Assembly (NCBI GenBank): GCA_027056215.1
Contig: JALULO010000112.1
Location: forward strand, 1 to 35,907
From: Campylobacterales bacterium
GTDB taxonomy: Bacteria; Campylobacterota; Campylobacteria; Campylobacterales; QNZT01
Direction of reading: 5' to 3'
DNA: 35,907 nucleotides
Shown here: piece by piece, positions 1 through 8,537 of the stretch
Position numbering within the stretch: position 1 is the stretch's first letter
Layout: each line of letters begins with the position of its first letter
Translations under genes and position numbers: made by a program
Notes under the pieces: model-generated
Databases searched by the model: none
Seen by the model: only the letters and a program-made list of their open reading frames with translations
What the model was told of the DNA's origin: nothing

Positions 1-32
1 TAAAAGTCTTGTGATAGACTAAACGCTATTTG

Positions 33-54
33 GTGGGATTCTCCCACCCTACGG
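33..54. repeat. 22-bp palindromic repeat, copy A (GTGGGATTCTCCCACCCTACGG)
   Basis: Stem GTGGGA/TCCCAC around a 3-nt loop, followed by invariant CCTACGG. It directly abuts the stop codon (55-57) of the minus-strand 1297-aa ORF. Two more copies lie at 4043-4064 and 4149-4170. Confidence 0.8.
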
Positions 55-3000
55 TTATCGCATGATCTTGATCGCTTTTCTTTTTCTTGTGTATGTAAAG
101 TTATTATCAAAACTAGCTCCTTTAAAATTACCGCTTTTTATTCCTATCGTATTATTTGCAGCTTCGTAAATATACTCAAAACAAGGGTGTGAGGCACAAG
201 TGCTGTCTGTAGTAAAATTATAATCCTCATATCTGCTATACCAAAGCCATGGATCTATGGAAAGGTGATAAAACTTTTTGTATGATTTGTCGGTGCCTGC
301 TCCGATAGTGAAAGTTGCTTTTCCATTTGTTGCACTATTTTGATTTGTTGCTGTTGTTGTTAGCTTTCGTTTATCTTCATCGGTATAATTAATATCACTA
401 AAATCATCTTCTTTGTTAAGATACCATGAAAGGCTCTCTTGCTCAAATCCTGTTAAAGGAGTTGTCGAGTAGATCTGTACTCTCTGTGTAGCGTTGACAT
501 CTGTTTTATTTGTTTTGATGTCTTTGGTTATAACTCTACCATAATAAAAAGTAGCATTGCCAGTAAAAGTTTGATGTTTGGTGGCGTTTACTTCATGGTC
601 GATACTATCTATGGCAGTTATGTTTATATCGCTATTTGCTCCATCTAGTGAAATAGGATTTTTAGTGACATTTCTATCTCTACCAAAATTAAAGTGTCTC
701 TCTGCGTAAGAGATGGTTTTAACACCTCCGATAAAGTCTGATTGTGTGATGGTTTCAGCCGAGAGTGTTGGGGTTTGTTCTACTGTTAATTGTAGTGAAA
801 GGTCAATATTGTTCGCAAACCATTTGTCTTGTGGATCTCTATAGTTTGTCATAGTTGCACCTTTTTCTCCAAGTGCTGTTATCTTAAAGTCAAGATTTTT
901 CAAATCCGCACTCATGTGTACTAAGTCATTTGCAAAGTATGTAAAACTCCGCCCATGATTGTCCATAGTTGGAGTTTGATCAAAAGTTATCTCAAATCTA
1001 TCAGGTATAAAGGTTAGGTTTTGCTCCAGATAGATTGTTCTGTCTATCAGAGGCGTATCATCGCTATCGACCTCTGCCCATGTTGTATCATTTAAATCTA
1101 ATCCAATATCTCCGACATTGTTGAAGCTAAGTGTTGTATCTGCCGTTACGCCATTGGTAAATGCAAAGTTGGCAGTTGGTAAAAATGCACCATCCATAGC
1201 TGAGCCATCGCTACCATCTCTAAAATATTTTTTATTTGCAGGAGTGAGAGAGGTGTTGTAGTCATCTGTTGTAGTTGTTCCATCACTATTTACCGCATGT
1301 GCTTGAAAGGTATAATCATGTTCGGATATAAGTTTTTGCGTCAAAGCATCTGATGAAGTTAGTACAAACTTGTCTGGACGGATAGAGAAAGTATCAGTTG
1401 CGTTGGATTCTACACTATTTCCATCATAGATACCTGTGATTTTTATCTTTGCACATTTTACCGCTTTGTTGTGGGTAAAGGAAACAGGATTAAAACAGGC
1501 ACTACTGTTTACCTCCTCGTTTCCACTCCATAGCTCTGTGGTGTCGTAAAGTGTGCTACATGAAGCATCTGAAAAACTTAAAAGTTCTAGTTTTGTAACA
1601 TTGACATCACTTAGAGAGTTGTTGTTATCGTTCTCATCTGCTGATAGGATAGTGAGGTCGATAGGACTTCCTGCTATTTTGGTGGTGATGTTGTTATCCC
1701 AGTTGAAACAGCCTCCGTTTCGGTTTACGGCGTTGAAAATGGCTTGAGAGCAGATGATATCACGCACAAGATCTTTTTCACTGTTGTAAAGTGAATCGAC
1801 AGTTGTGGCGTTTAGCTCGCCTTTGTAGATTTTCAACTCATCGAGGTAGCCGGTGAAGCGGTTATCGGTATTTCCTGTCCATCCTCCGATTCTTGCGCTG
1901 CTGTTTGCAATGGCGAGTGTGTTGTTGGGCGTACCCTGAAGTTGGGATAAATTTTGTAATATTCCATCTATATATAGTCTGTTCGAGTACATATCCCCAT
2001 TGGTAAAAACTGCTGTAATATGATGCCATCCATTTGCCAACCCGTCACTACTGATACCATATAAATCCCCATTAGATGAATTAAAACCAAAATATGTATC
2101 AGGCGTCCATAAATCATTCCATTCCCATCCAAATGGCATTTTACCATTGGTGCCATCCCAATACATCCAAAATGTAACCGTATTTTTTTTGTATTTTTCT
2201 GTCGAGACAGCAAGGTTATCTATATCTACTGCTCCACCATCAAGTTTTAAGGCATGTCCAATTTTTTTCTCATCTTTACTGAGGTTCGCATCATCTATGA
2301 TAGTTCCGTTGTTGTCTCCTCCTGCAGTATCTATCACCTCTCCTGTTGCACCTGTATATTTACACGCATCAAAATGATACTCTGCTAAAAGAACGGGAGT
2401 GGTACAGTCTACAGCCATGCGGTGGAAGCCGTCGTAGTTTTTGTGTAGCGTTGTGTTGCCTTCATTGTCGTAGATGGTTTGTACTTGTGTAGCATTGAGT
2501 CCTGTATCAAAAATCTTTAGTTCATCAATGATACCACCAAAATAATCATCACCATCACCAGTCCAAGTTGATTTTGCAATATAATTCACTGTTCTTGTAA
2601 CATTAGAGGGCATAAAGTCAAATGTATCTGAAGCTTTTTCAACACCATCAATATAGATTTTTGCATGTTTATTATTATCAAGTGTGGCTACAATATGGTG
2701 CATATCACCATCAATAACATCATCTGATGTTTCGATACCTTCATATTTGTCATTGTCATCGTCATCGTCACCCATATTTTCAAAAATTCCGAAGTTTAAT
2801 TTTTTGGTATCTTCTTTACGTGATAATGCTATTCCATTTTCCCCTCTGCCTGTTGTCATCTCTATAATCTTTTGATAACTTCCATCTGTATCAAAACGCA
2901 CCCATGCAGATATCGTGAAACCTTGAGAAAAATCAGCATCTATATCTGGCAAGTCAATATAGTCATCTGTTCCATCAAAGCTTGCACCATGGTTGATCTT

Positions 3001-3948
3001 AGCATCTTGTACAGTTGTTCCATTGATATCTGTCGCATGAAGCGCATGTCCACTATAATCAATCACTTCATGACTTGTACCATCCCAAGCACAACTATCA
3101 AAGTGATAATCAACAATCGGAACCAATATCGTACACACTCCTGAAATCGCCAGTTTTTGTGCAGCTGCTATATCATAAGTGATTTTTGTATCATCTTTGA
3201 CTTCAATATCCTGCCCTGTTACAGCACCGGTGATTTCAACATTTTTGCCTATTTTAATGTCGTCCTTAGCGTAGAAAAAGCCTTCATAAGTACCATCATC
3301 ATCAATATCTATTTTATTTGTTTTGTCATCTGATGCACTCAAAAGAATGAAATTTTCCGGATGATTTTTTGTATCAATCTTACTGTTTTTGTCAAATGTT
3401 GTGTCATTATAGACATAGATAATCAGTGAAGCGCCCTCTTTGATATCGATGGTAACATTTTGACCCAGTTTAAATTCGTCTACATACAGTATGACATGAC
3501 CATCGATAACAAGGGAATCACAGTCATCTTCAAGTTCAAAAGTGTCGTTAGTGCGAATCGTGATATCTCCTTGAAGTGTCAAAGTAGTATTTTCTTTCAC
3601 TTTAACTTCGCTATAGTTTTCATCATTACTTATCGTTGTATCACTGTCGATGTCCAGATCGTCGTCACTATCACCCAATTCATCCTTATCGATTGTAAAA
3701 GAGAGTGACGGTACTGTCGTGTCATTTGCGACACAGGTATCTCCATCACATGTTCCATCATTGTCTTTGAGATTATCAGTATAAATAGAACCATTGTCGG
3801 TATTGTTCAGTTCAGAGTTCTCATCTAAGTTTAATTCGCCACCGTCCAATGTCGCCACAGGACCAGCAAAAGTACTTTCGCAGACTGCTGCCTCAGCAAT
3901 CAGAGGGAAAAGGATAAAAGATAAAATGATGATAATTTTATATAACAT
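55..3948 (-). CDS. Secreted MshQ-like protein with two LamG (concanavalin-like lectin) domains
   Basis: Uninterrupted 1297-aa ORF with AAGGA about 8 nt upstream of the ATG. N-terminal signal peptide (MLYKIIIILSFILFPLIAEA). Repetitive beta-helix-like N-region. Two LamG-like units at aa ~279-495 (nt 2464-3114) and aa ~521-722 (nt 1783-2388), each starting (A/D)-Y-H-F-D-x-C and ending (I/L)DELKI(F/Y)...LNAT. The C-terminal ~570 aa are colinear with the C-terminus of the 2502-aa ORF. The architecture matches what I recall for MSHA-pilus MshQ proteins (LamG plus DUF6701-type C-terminus). Confidence 0.72.
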   Translation of the reverse strand: MLYKIIIILSFILFPLIAEAAVCESTFAGPVATLDGGELNLDENSELNNTDNGSIYTDNLKDNDGTCDGDTCVANDTTVPSLSFTIDKDELGDSDDDLDIDSDTTISNDENYSEVKVKENTTLTLQGDITIRTNDTFELEDDCDSLVIDGHVILYVDEFKLGQNVTIDIKEGASLIIYVYNDTTFDKNSKIDTKNHPENFILLSASDDKTNKIDIDDDGTYEGFFYAKDDIKIGKNVEITGAVTGQDIEVKDDTKITYDIAAAQKLAISGVCTILVPIVDYHFDSCAWDGTSHEVIDYSGHALHATDINGTTVQDAKINHGASFDGTDDYIDLPDIDADFSQGFTISAWVRFDTDGSYQKIIEMTTGRGENGIALSRKEDTKKLNFGIFENMGDDDDDNDKYEGIETSDDVIDGDMHHIVATLDNNKHAKIYIDGVEKASDTFDFMPSNVTRTVNYIAKSTWTGDGDDYFGGIIDELKIFDTGLNATQVQTIYDNEGNTTLHKNYDGFHRMAVDCTTPVLLAEYHFDACKYTGATGEVIDTAGGDNNGTIIDDANLSKDEKKIGHALKLDGGAVDIDNLAVSTEKYKKNTVTFWMYWDGTNGKMPFGWEWNDLWTPDTYFGFNSSNGDLYGISSDGLANGWHHITAVFTNGDMYSNRLYIDGILQNLSQLQGTPNNTLAIANSSARIGGWTGNTDNRFTGYLDELKIYKGELNATTVDSLYNSEKDLVRDIICSQAIFNAVNRNGGCFNWDNNITTKIAGSPIDLTILSADENDNNNSLSDVNVTKLELLSFSDASCSTLYDTTELWSGNEEVNSSACFNPVSFTHNKAVKCAKIKITGIYDGNSVESNATDTFSIRPDKFVLTSSDALTQKLISEHDYTFQAHAVNSDGTTTTDDYNTSLTPANKKYFRDGSDGSAMDGAFLPTANFAFTNGVTADTTLSFNNVGDIGLDLNDTTWAEVDSDDTPLIDRTIYLEQNLTFIPDRFEITFDQTPTMDNHGRSFTYFANDLVHMSADLKNLDFKITALGEKGATMTNYRDPQDKWFANNIDLSLQLTVEQTPTLSAETITQSDFIGGVKTISYAERHFNFGRDRNVTKNPISLDGANSDINITAIDSIDHEVNATKHQTFTGNATFYYGRVITKDIKTNKTDVNATQRVQIYSTTPLTGFEQESLSWYLNKEDDFSDINYTDEDKRKLTTTATNQNSATNGKATFTIGAGTDKSYKKFYHLSIDPWLWYSRYEDYNFTTDSTCASHPCFEYIYEAANNTIGIKSGNFKGASFDNNFTYTRKRKAIKIMR

Positions 3949-3985
3949 GTGTATTTGTGTTCCTTTTCATATGTCAAAAATAAAT

Positions 3986-3994
3986 TTTATACCA
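3986..3994 (-). promoter_or_regulatory. Candidate extended -10 (TGgTATAAA on minus strand) for the MshQ-like gene
   Basis: The reverse complement of tttatacca reads TGGTATAAA, about 38 nt upstream of the ATG at 3948. The call rests on sequence only. Confidence 0.3.
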
Positions 3995-4034
3995 ATTAAT
4001 GTTATAAATATTGAATCAATAATATATTCAAATA

Positions 4035-4071
4035 TTATTTTTGTGGGATACTCCCACCCTACGGCTTTTTT
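4035..4071. repeat. Palindromic repeat, copy B (37-bp extended unit; core 4043-4064)
   Basis: ttatttttGTGGGATACTCCCACCCTACGGctttttt. It matches copy C at 34 of 37 positions, and two of the three differences fall in the hairpin loop. Confidence 0.85.
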
Positions 4072-4140
4072 ACATGTTGTTTAGCACATTCCATACCGTT
4101 TTAAAAACTTTTGCTAAAATAGCTACTATCTATATAAAAG

Positions 4141-4177
4141 TTATTTTTGTGGGATTTTCCCACCCTACGGCTGTTTT
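4141..4177. repeat. Palindromic repeat, copy C (37-bp extended unit; core 4149-4170)
   Basis: ttatttttGTGGGATTTTCCCACCCTACGGctgtttt, 106 bp downstream of copy B. It sits over the expected -35 position of the Uma2-gene promoter. Confidence 0.85.
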
Positions 4178-4187
4178 GTTAGTTTTA

Positions 4188-4196
4188 TGATATAAT
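4188..4196 (+). promoter_or_regulatory. Extended -10 promoter element TGaTATAAT
   Basis: Perfect TGnTATAAT 28 nt upstream of the ATG at 4224, followed by the AGGAG Shine-Dalgarno at 4213-4217. Confidence 0.5.
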
Positions 4197-4223
4197 TACT
4201 TTTAGAAGATAAAGGAGTCTATC

Positions 4224-4766
4224 ATGGGTGCTGTTTATGCTATAGAAACTTATACTTATGAGGATTATAAACTCTGGAAAGGCGACTGGGAGCTTATAAA
4301 TGGGATGCCTCTTGCTATGGCTCCAAGTCCGATGAGAGATCATCAAAGAATAGGTGCAGAGTTTTTAAGTTTTTTAGCTGATGAAATTCGAGATTGTGAG
4401 GATTGCGAAGTTGTCTATGAGCTTGATTATATAGTCGATAGTGAAAATGTTTTGAGACCTGATATCGCTTTGATATGTGGGGAAGAAGCGGACTATATAA
4501 CAAAGGCTCCAAAGATTGTTGTGGAGATTGTTTCGCCCTCTACAGCAAAAAGAGATGAAAAAGTAAAGTTTGAAATATATGAGAAAGAGAAAGTTTTATA
4601 CTATATTTTGGTTTACCCAAAAATACTCCATGCAAAAATTTACAAGATAGAGAACCATGTATACCAAAAACAGGGTGATTTTACAAAAGAGAAATATCTA
4701 TTTGATGGCTTAGAGTGTGCGGTAGAGTTAGATTTTAAAGAGGTTTTTAAGAAGTTTAAAAGATAA
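4224..4766 (+). CDS. Uma2-family (DUF820) PD-(D/E)xK putative endonuclease
   Basis: 180-aa ORF with a good SD. Motifs are typical of the family: N-terminal ELINGMPLAMAPSP..H, then RPDIALI and VVEIVSPSTAKRDEKVKFEIYEKEKVLYYILVYP (D...E-x-S...K core). Confidence 0.8.
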   Translation: MGAVYAIETYTYEDYKLWKGDWELINGMPLAMAPSPMRDHQRIGAEFLSFLADEIRDCEDCEVVYELDYIVDSENVLRPDIALICGEEADYITKAPKIVVEIVSPSTAKRDEKVKFEIYEKEKVLYYILVYPKILHAKIYKIENHVYQKQGDFTKEKYLFDGLECAVELDFKEVFKKFKR

Positions 4767-4771
4767 AGGAG

Positions 4772-4802
4772 ATAACACAGCTAAAAATCTAAGCTGTGTT
4801 AT
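4772..4802. terminator. Bidirectional rho-independent terminator between convergent genes
   Basis: Perfect 11-bp stem ATAACACAGCT/AGCTGTGTTAT with a 9-nt loop. It is followed by TTTG on the + strand and by CTCCTTTATCTTTT on the - strand. It lies between the Uma2 stop (4766) and the carbonic anhydrase stop (4808). Confidence 0.6.
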
Positions 4803-4807
4803 TTGTA

Positions 4808-5587
4808 CTATTGTGTGATCAATCTTGCGTTGATTGGTTGCACGGGGCGGTTGTTTGGATGTCCTATCTCTTTGGCAATAGCGTTGATTTGCTCTTTTGA
4901 CGCGGTGACTGTTTTTTTGAAAACTGCCCAGAGAACACCTTCTGAACATGGAGGTGTGGTTAGTGAACCATTAAAACGGTAATAATCTACATCTGTTGGC
5001 ATAAGGGCTGAAGCATTTGCGGCTCTTTTCATAGGTGTGTCTACGCCTATTTTAGGGGAGAGTGATTCGATCACTTTTTCTAGTTCTGGGTTGTACTTAC
5101 CCTCTTCAAACATGAGTGCGAGTACGGCAAGGTTGCCTTCTTTGTCTTTGTGTACAAAGTGTGCTTCCATCGGGAAATGTTTTCCATTTATGGTATTTTC
5201 AGATGGTGTATGGAAGTGAAACTGTTTCAGCTCAAATGTATGTCCATCGATCGTTATAAAACTGCCGCTTTTGTAGTTTACTTGTACGGCATGACCGTTG
5301 TATACGACATCATTTCCACCTATAAAGTAACGAAACTGGATATGTTTCTTTTCTATATTTCGTGTATCTTTGATATCTACAGGTGATTGGTTTTTCCCCT
5401 CTTTACACATGAAGTACTCTTTTTTCAGATTGCCCCAGTGTAATGGACCACTTTCACCTTCGTATCCCCAGTGGTGTGTTGCATGATGTGCGTGTAAATC
5501 TTTTTTAACCACACTCTCTTTGCTTGCACAGCCTGTTGTAAGTAAGAGTGCCGCTGTTATGGAAAGTGCTAATATAGACTTTTTCAT
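4808..5587 (-). CDS. Periplasmic alpha-class carbonic anhydrase (lipoprotein)
   Basis: 259-aa ORF with SD AAGGAGA. Signal peptide plus lipobox (LLTTGC). Alpha-CA hallmarks are present: HWGYEGESGPLHWG, QSPVDI, FHFHTPSE.. and GSLTTPPCSEGV. Confidence 0.9.
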   Translation of the reverse strand: MKKSILALSITAALLLTTGCASKESVVKKDLHAHHATHHWGYEGESGPLHWGNLKKEYFMCKEGKNQSPVDIKDTRNIEKKHIQFRYFIGGNDVVYNGHAVQVNYKSGSFITIDGHTFELKQFHFHTPSENTINGKHFPMEAHFVHKDKEGNLAVLALMFEEGKYNPELEKVIESLSPKIGVDTPMKRAANASALMPTDVDYYRFNGSLTTPPCSEGVLWAVFKKTVTASKEQINAIAKEIGHPNNRPVQPINARLITQ

Positions 5588-5652
5588 AGATTTCTCCTTT
5601 AATTTTTCGCATATATTGTATCCTAATATTATTTATATGTTACAATCTGTGT

Positions 5653-6957
5653 ATGCATAGTTTAGACAAAGTGATAGAACTTTTAGAGACGGATAATCTG
5701 TTCCTTACAGGTGGAGCTGGGGTTGGCAAAAGTTATCTGACCAAAGAAGTGATACGGTACTATAAAAAAGAGTATCAGGGTGTGATCGTCCTTGGAAGTA
5801 CAGGTATCTCAGCAGTCAATGTTGGTGGTCAGACGATTCATAGTTTTTTCATATTTGGGATCTCTGGAAATCTTGAAGAACTTACTGCTTCAGATCGTTA
5901 CAACAAAAACCGTATCAAAGAGCTTGTGAAATTGTTAAAAAGTACAGATCTTATTATCATCGATGAGATATCCATGGTGAGTGCGGATTTGATGGAGATG
6001 ATACTGTATCGTTTTCGTCAAACTGGGTATAGTGGAAAGTTGATGGTTGTAGGAGATTTTTTCCAATTACCACCTGTACAAAAAAAAGGTTCAAATTCTC
6101 AAAATATGTTTGATCAGGGTATCTATGCGTTTCAAAGTAGTGCTTGGGAGACGTTTGACTTTGTGACGGTTGAACTAACAAAGATCAAAAGAACATCCAA
6201 TGAAGCGTTTATGAAGATACTTGAAAAGATCAGGATGGGTGAAGCAGATCATGCGGTATTTGCCTATCTTTCCAGATTGCGTCTCAATAGTTTTGAAAGC
6301 GAATCAGAAGCTACGATGCTTTTTGGTACAAATGCACAAGCAGACAGACTCAATGCCCAAAAAGTGGCATCGGTTAATCGTCCTGAAGTAACCCTAACTG
6401 CCCAAATCAAAACCAAAGATCATACGATCGATCAGAGGCGTATCGATAATTGGAAAAAGAATTTACCGATTATCGAAGATTTAAAACTCAAAGAGGGTAT
6501 TCCTGTGATTTTTACAACCAACAAATGGGGTAGTTATCACAATGGTGAAAGAGCGGTTGTGGAACACATCGACAAAGATGCTGTTGTGGTGGAAAAGAGT
6601 GGTAGGTTGATTAAGGTTGATCGTTTTGATTTTGATTTGAGTCGTACGGTTGTGGGAGAAGATGGAATGTTAGATGATGATGTGGTTTGTACCCTCAGCC
6701 AGTTTCCACTTCGCCCCGCATTTGCGATAACGATCCATAAATCACAAGGGATGAGTATTGAAAAACTGGTATGCAACGTTGACAATATCTTTGCCGATAG
6801 TCAATTTTATGTAGCCCTCTCTCGTGCCGTAGATCCTGCATATTTGAAGATCAGTTATACACGAGAGGATTTTGAAAACTACCTTCGGCGAACACTTCGT
6901 GTTTCGGATGCGGTGAAGGCATTTTATGCACAAAATAGTGCTCTTAGGTTAGAGTGA
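5653..6957 (+). CDS. Pif1/RecD-like superfamily 1B DNA helicase
   Basis: 434 aa. Walker A GGAGVGKSYL, Walker B IIIDEISMV, Pif1-type motif GDFFQLPPV, C-terminal AITIHKSQGMS and YVALSRA. Confidence 0.85.
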   Translation: MHSLDKVIELLETDNLFLTGGAGVGKSYLTKEVIRYYKKEYQGVIVLGSTGISAVNVGGQTIHSFFIFGISGNLEELTASDRYNKNRIKELVKLLKSTDLIIIDEISMVSADLMEMILYRFRQTGYSGKLMVVGDFFQLPPVQKKGSNSQNMFDQGIYAFQSSAWETFDFVTVELTKIKRTSNEAFMKILEKIRMGEADHAVFAYLSRLRLNSFESESEATMLFGTNAQADRLNAQKVASVNRPEVTLTAQIKTKDHTIDQRRIDNWKKNLPIIEDLKLKEGIPVIFTTNKWGSYHNGERAVVEHIDKDAVVVEKSGRLIKVDRFDFDLSRTVVGEDGMLDDDVVCTLSQFPLRPAFAITIHKSQGMSIEKLVCNVDNIFADSQFYVALSRAVDPAYLKISYTREDFENYLRRTLRVSDAVKAFYAQNSALRLE

Positions 6958-7819
6958 TTTTTCGTGTCAAACACATCGCAAACCCTTTCTCATAATAAGC
7001 CGCTTCATTGATAAAAAGGGGATAAAGCGGTTCTTCTTCCTCATAGTAAATCGTCTTTTCAGCAAGGGTATAAAAGAGTGGATCACCTTTTGTAATCTTT
7101 TGATAATCTCTATCTTGTCTTTGTTCATGTACCATCGCGGTGATATCGCCATTTGCATCTCGTGGATAGTCTAGTAGCTTGACATGATCATAGATTTCGA
7201 TTGGATTTTGATTGGTTGGTATGTTTTTGTGCTTGTTGTACCTCTGTATAAAATCAAGCAGATGGTAGATGAGTTGGGCGGTTTGTGTAAAGAGATTTGC
7301 CCGTAAAACGCCTTGCGGAATGGCTCCCACTTCGATAGCAAAACCATGGGGTGCGATGGAGTCAACAAAAGCATCTTCCTCATCACCCATCCATCGATAT
7401 ACATGGAGTTTTGGCTCTTTGGCACAGAGATAACGAACAGCGTCCCAAGTCAGAGAACTTTGTGAACTAACAACGAGTGAAAGCCCCATATTTGCAGTGG
7501 TGGAGTGCAGATCAACGATAAAGTCAACTTTGGGATTTTTACTCCCTTTAGGTCCTAGCATTGTGTTGAGTTCATATGCACGTTTTGCTTCATAATGATC
7601 ATGTTCTTCGTTGAGTTGAGTGGTTTGAAAAGAACGGTTTAAATCTTTGTCAATGTAGCGCCTGCAAGCTTTGATGGCTTTTGGGTTTGTATGGATAAGG
7701 AGTGTTTCAAAGTTTTCTCTATGAACCAGATTGGGTTGTTCTTGCCATTTTTTGATCAGATAGACACCGGTTAGTTCATTGCCGTGTGTTCCTCCTGTGA
7801 TCGCTACTTTGTTGATCAT
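6944..7819 (-). CDS. Aspartoacylase / succinylglutamate desuccinylase (AstE-AspA) family zinc hydrolase
   Basis: 291 aa with SD AAGGAGAG. The N-terminus VAITGGTHGNELTG and the later DLHSTT motif are typical of the family. Its 3' end overlaps the convergent helicase gene by 14 nt. Confidence 0.85.
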   Translation of the reverse strand: MINKVAITGGTHGNELTGVYLIKKWQEQPNLVHRENFETLLIHTNPKAIKACRRYIDKDLNRSFQTTQLNEEHDHYEAKRAYELNTMLGPKGSKNPKVDFIVDLHSTTANMGLSLVVSSQSSLTWDAVRYLCAKEPKLHVYRWMGDEEDAFVDSIAPHGFAIEVGAIPQGVLRANLFTQTAQLIYHLLDFIQRYNKHKNIPTNQNPIEIYDHVKLLDYPRDANGDITAMVHEQRQDRDYQKITKGDPLFYTLAEKTIYYEEEEPLYPLFINEAAYYEKGFAMCLTRKITLT

Positions 7820-7986
7820 GTGGCTCTCCTTGACATTTTTTTGATTATAGCGTTAAGAAGTTTGCGATAACATGAACAAAATGAAGGATTAAAAATCTTT
7901 GATATCAGTGATGTAAATAATGTGCAAAGAGTGGGTGTATTGAAATTTTGATTTAAGACGATATTCCTTTTAAAAGGAGATGTCGC

Positions 7987-8475
7987 ATGAAAGTGAAACA
8001 TACCAAATGGTTTTTACAACTTAGTTTTGTACTTGTTGTTTTGACGCTTGGTGGTATCTATCTGTTGTATAGTAAAATACATAAAAATGATGTTCATACA
8101 TACCAAGCTGTATTGGCTCATAACAATACAGAAGAGTTTTCAGAGTTTTTATATGAAAACAGAGATAAATTTGTCCATCTCAGTATTGTTTTGTCTGAGT
8201 CAATGAAGCAAGATGTTATCAAAGGGATGGATCAAGATGGTCGCATCATATTTCATGCACCACGTTCAAATACCGATAAAACGCTGACAAAATACTTGAT
8301 TCGTTTACCCGATGATGGTAGGAGAGATTTTTCATTTGACCAGACAAGTGGCAAACTTGAGGGCTATTTTAAAACATACAAACGCAAAGATAGTGATGGT
8401 TGTGTCTTGATAAATCTTGTACCTATCAATCCTGCATGGCTTCCAAAAGTTGATGGTATTGTAAAACAAGGTTAA
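7987..8475 (+). CDS. Hypothetical N-terminally membrane-anchored protein
   Basis: 162-aa ORF with AAGGAGA upstream and one N-terminal TM helix (WFLQLSFVLVVLTLGGIYLLY). I recognise no family. It is co-directional with the giant gene and 62 nt upstream of it. Confidence 0.5.
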   Translation: MKVKHTKWFLQLSFVLVVLTLGGIYLLYSKIHKNDVHTYQAVLAHNNTEEFSEFLYENRDKFVHLSIVLSESMKQDVIKGMDQDGRIIFHAPRSNTDKTLTKYLIRLPDDGRRDFSFDQTSGKLEGYFKTYKRKDSDGCVLINLVPINPAWLPKVDGIVKQG

Positions 8476-8537
8476 ACTTTTTTCATTTTTGGACGATATT
8501 TCTTTCATAATATACTATATATGAAAGGTGTCGTCAT

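Noticed and set aside
33-54. GGTGGGATTCTCCCACC resembles a tRNA T-arm, suggesting a tRNA fragment or integration att site.
   Set aside because: The loop is only 3 nt rather than the 7-nt T-loop. No acceptor, D or anticodon arms flank it, and no integrase is nearby.
4224-6957. Uma2 nuclease plus Pif1-like helicase as a two-gene defence system.
   Set aside because: The genes are separated by a convergent or divergent carbonic anhydrase gene and a strong bidirectional terminator, so they are not co-transcribed. The Pif1-like helicase has a standard housekeeping-type motif set.
6944-6957. 14-nt overlap of the convergent 3' ends of the helicase and aspartoacylase-family genes.
   Set aside because: Short convergent overlaps are common in compact genomes. 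No extra structure or alternative frame signal is visible.
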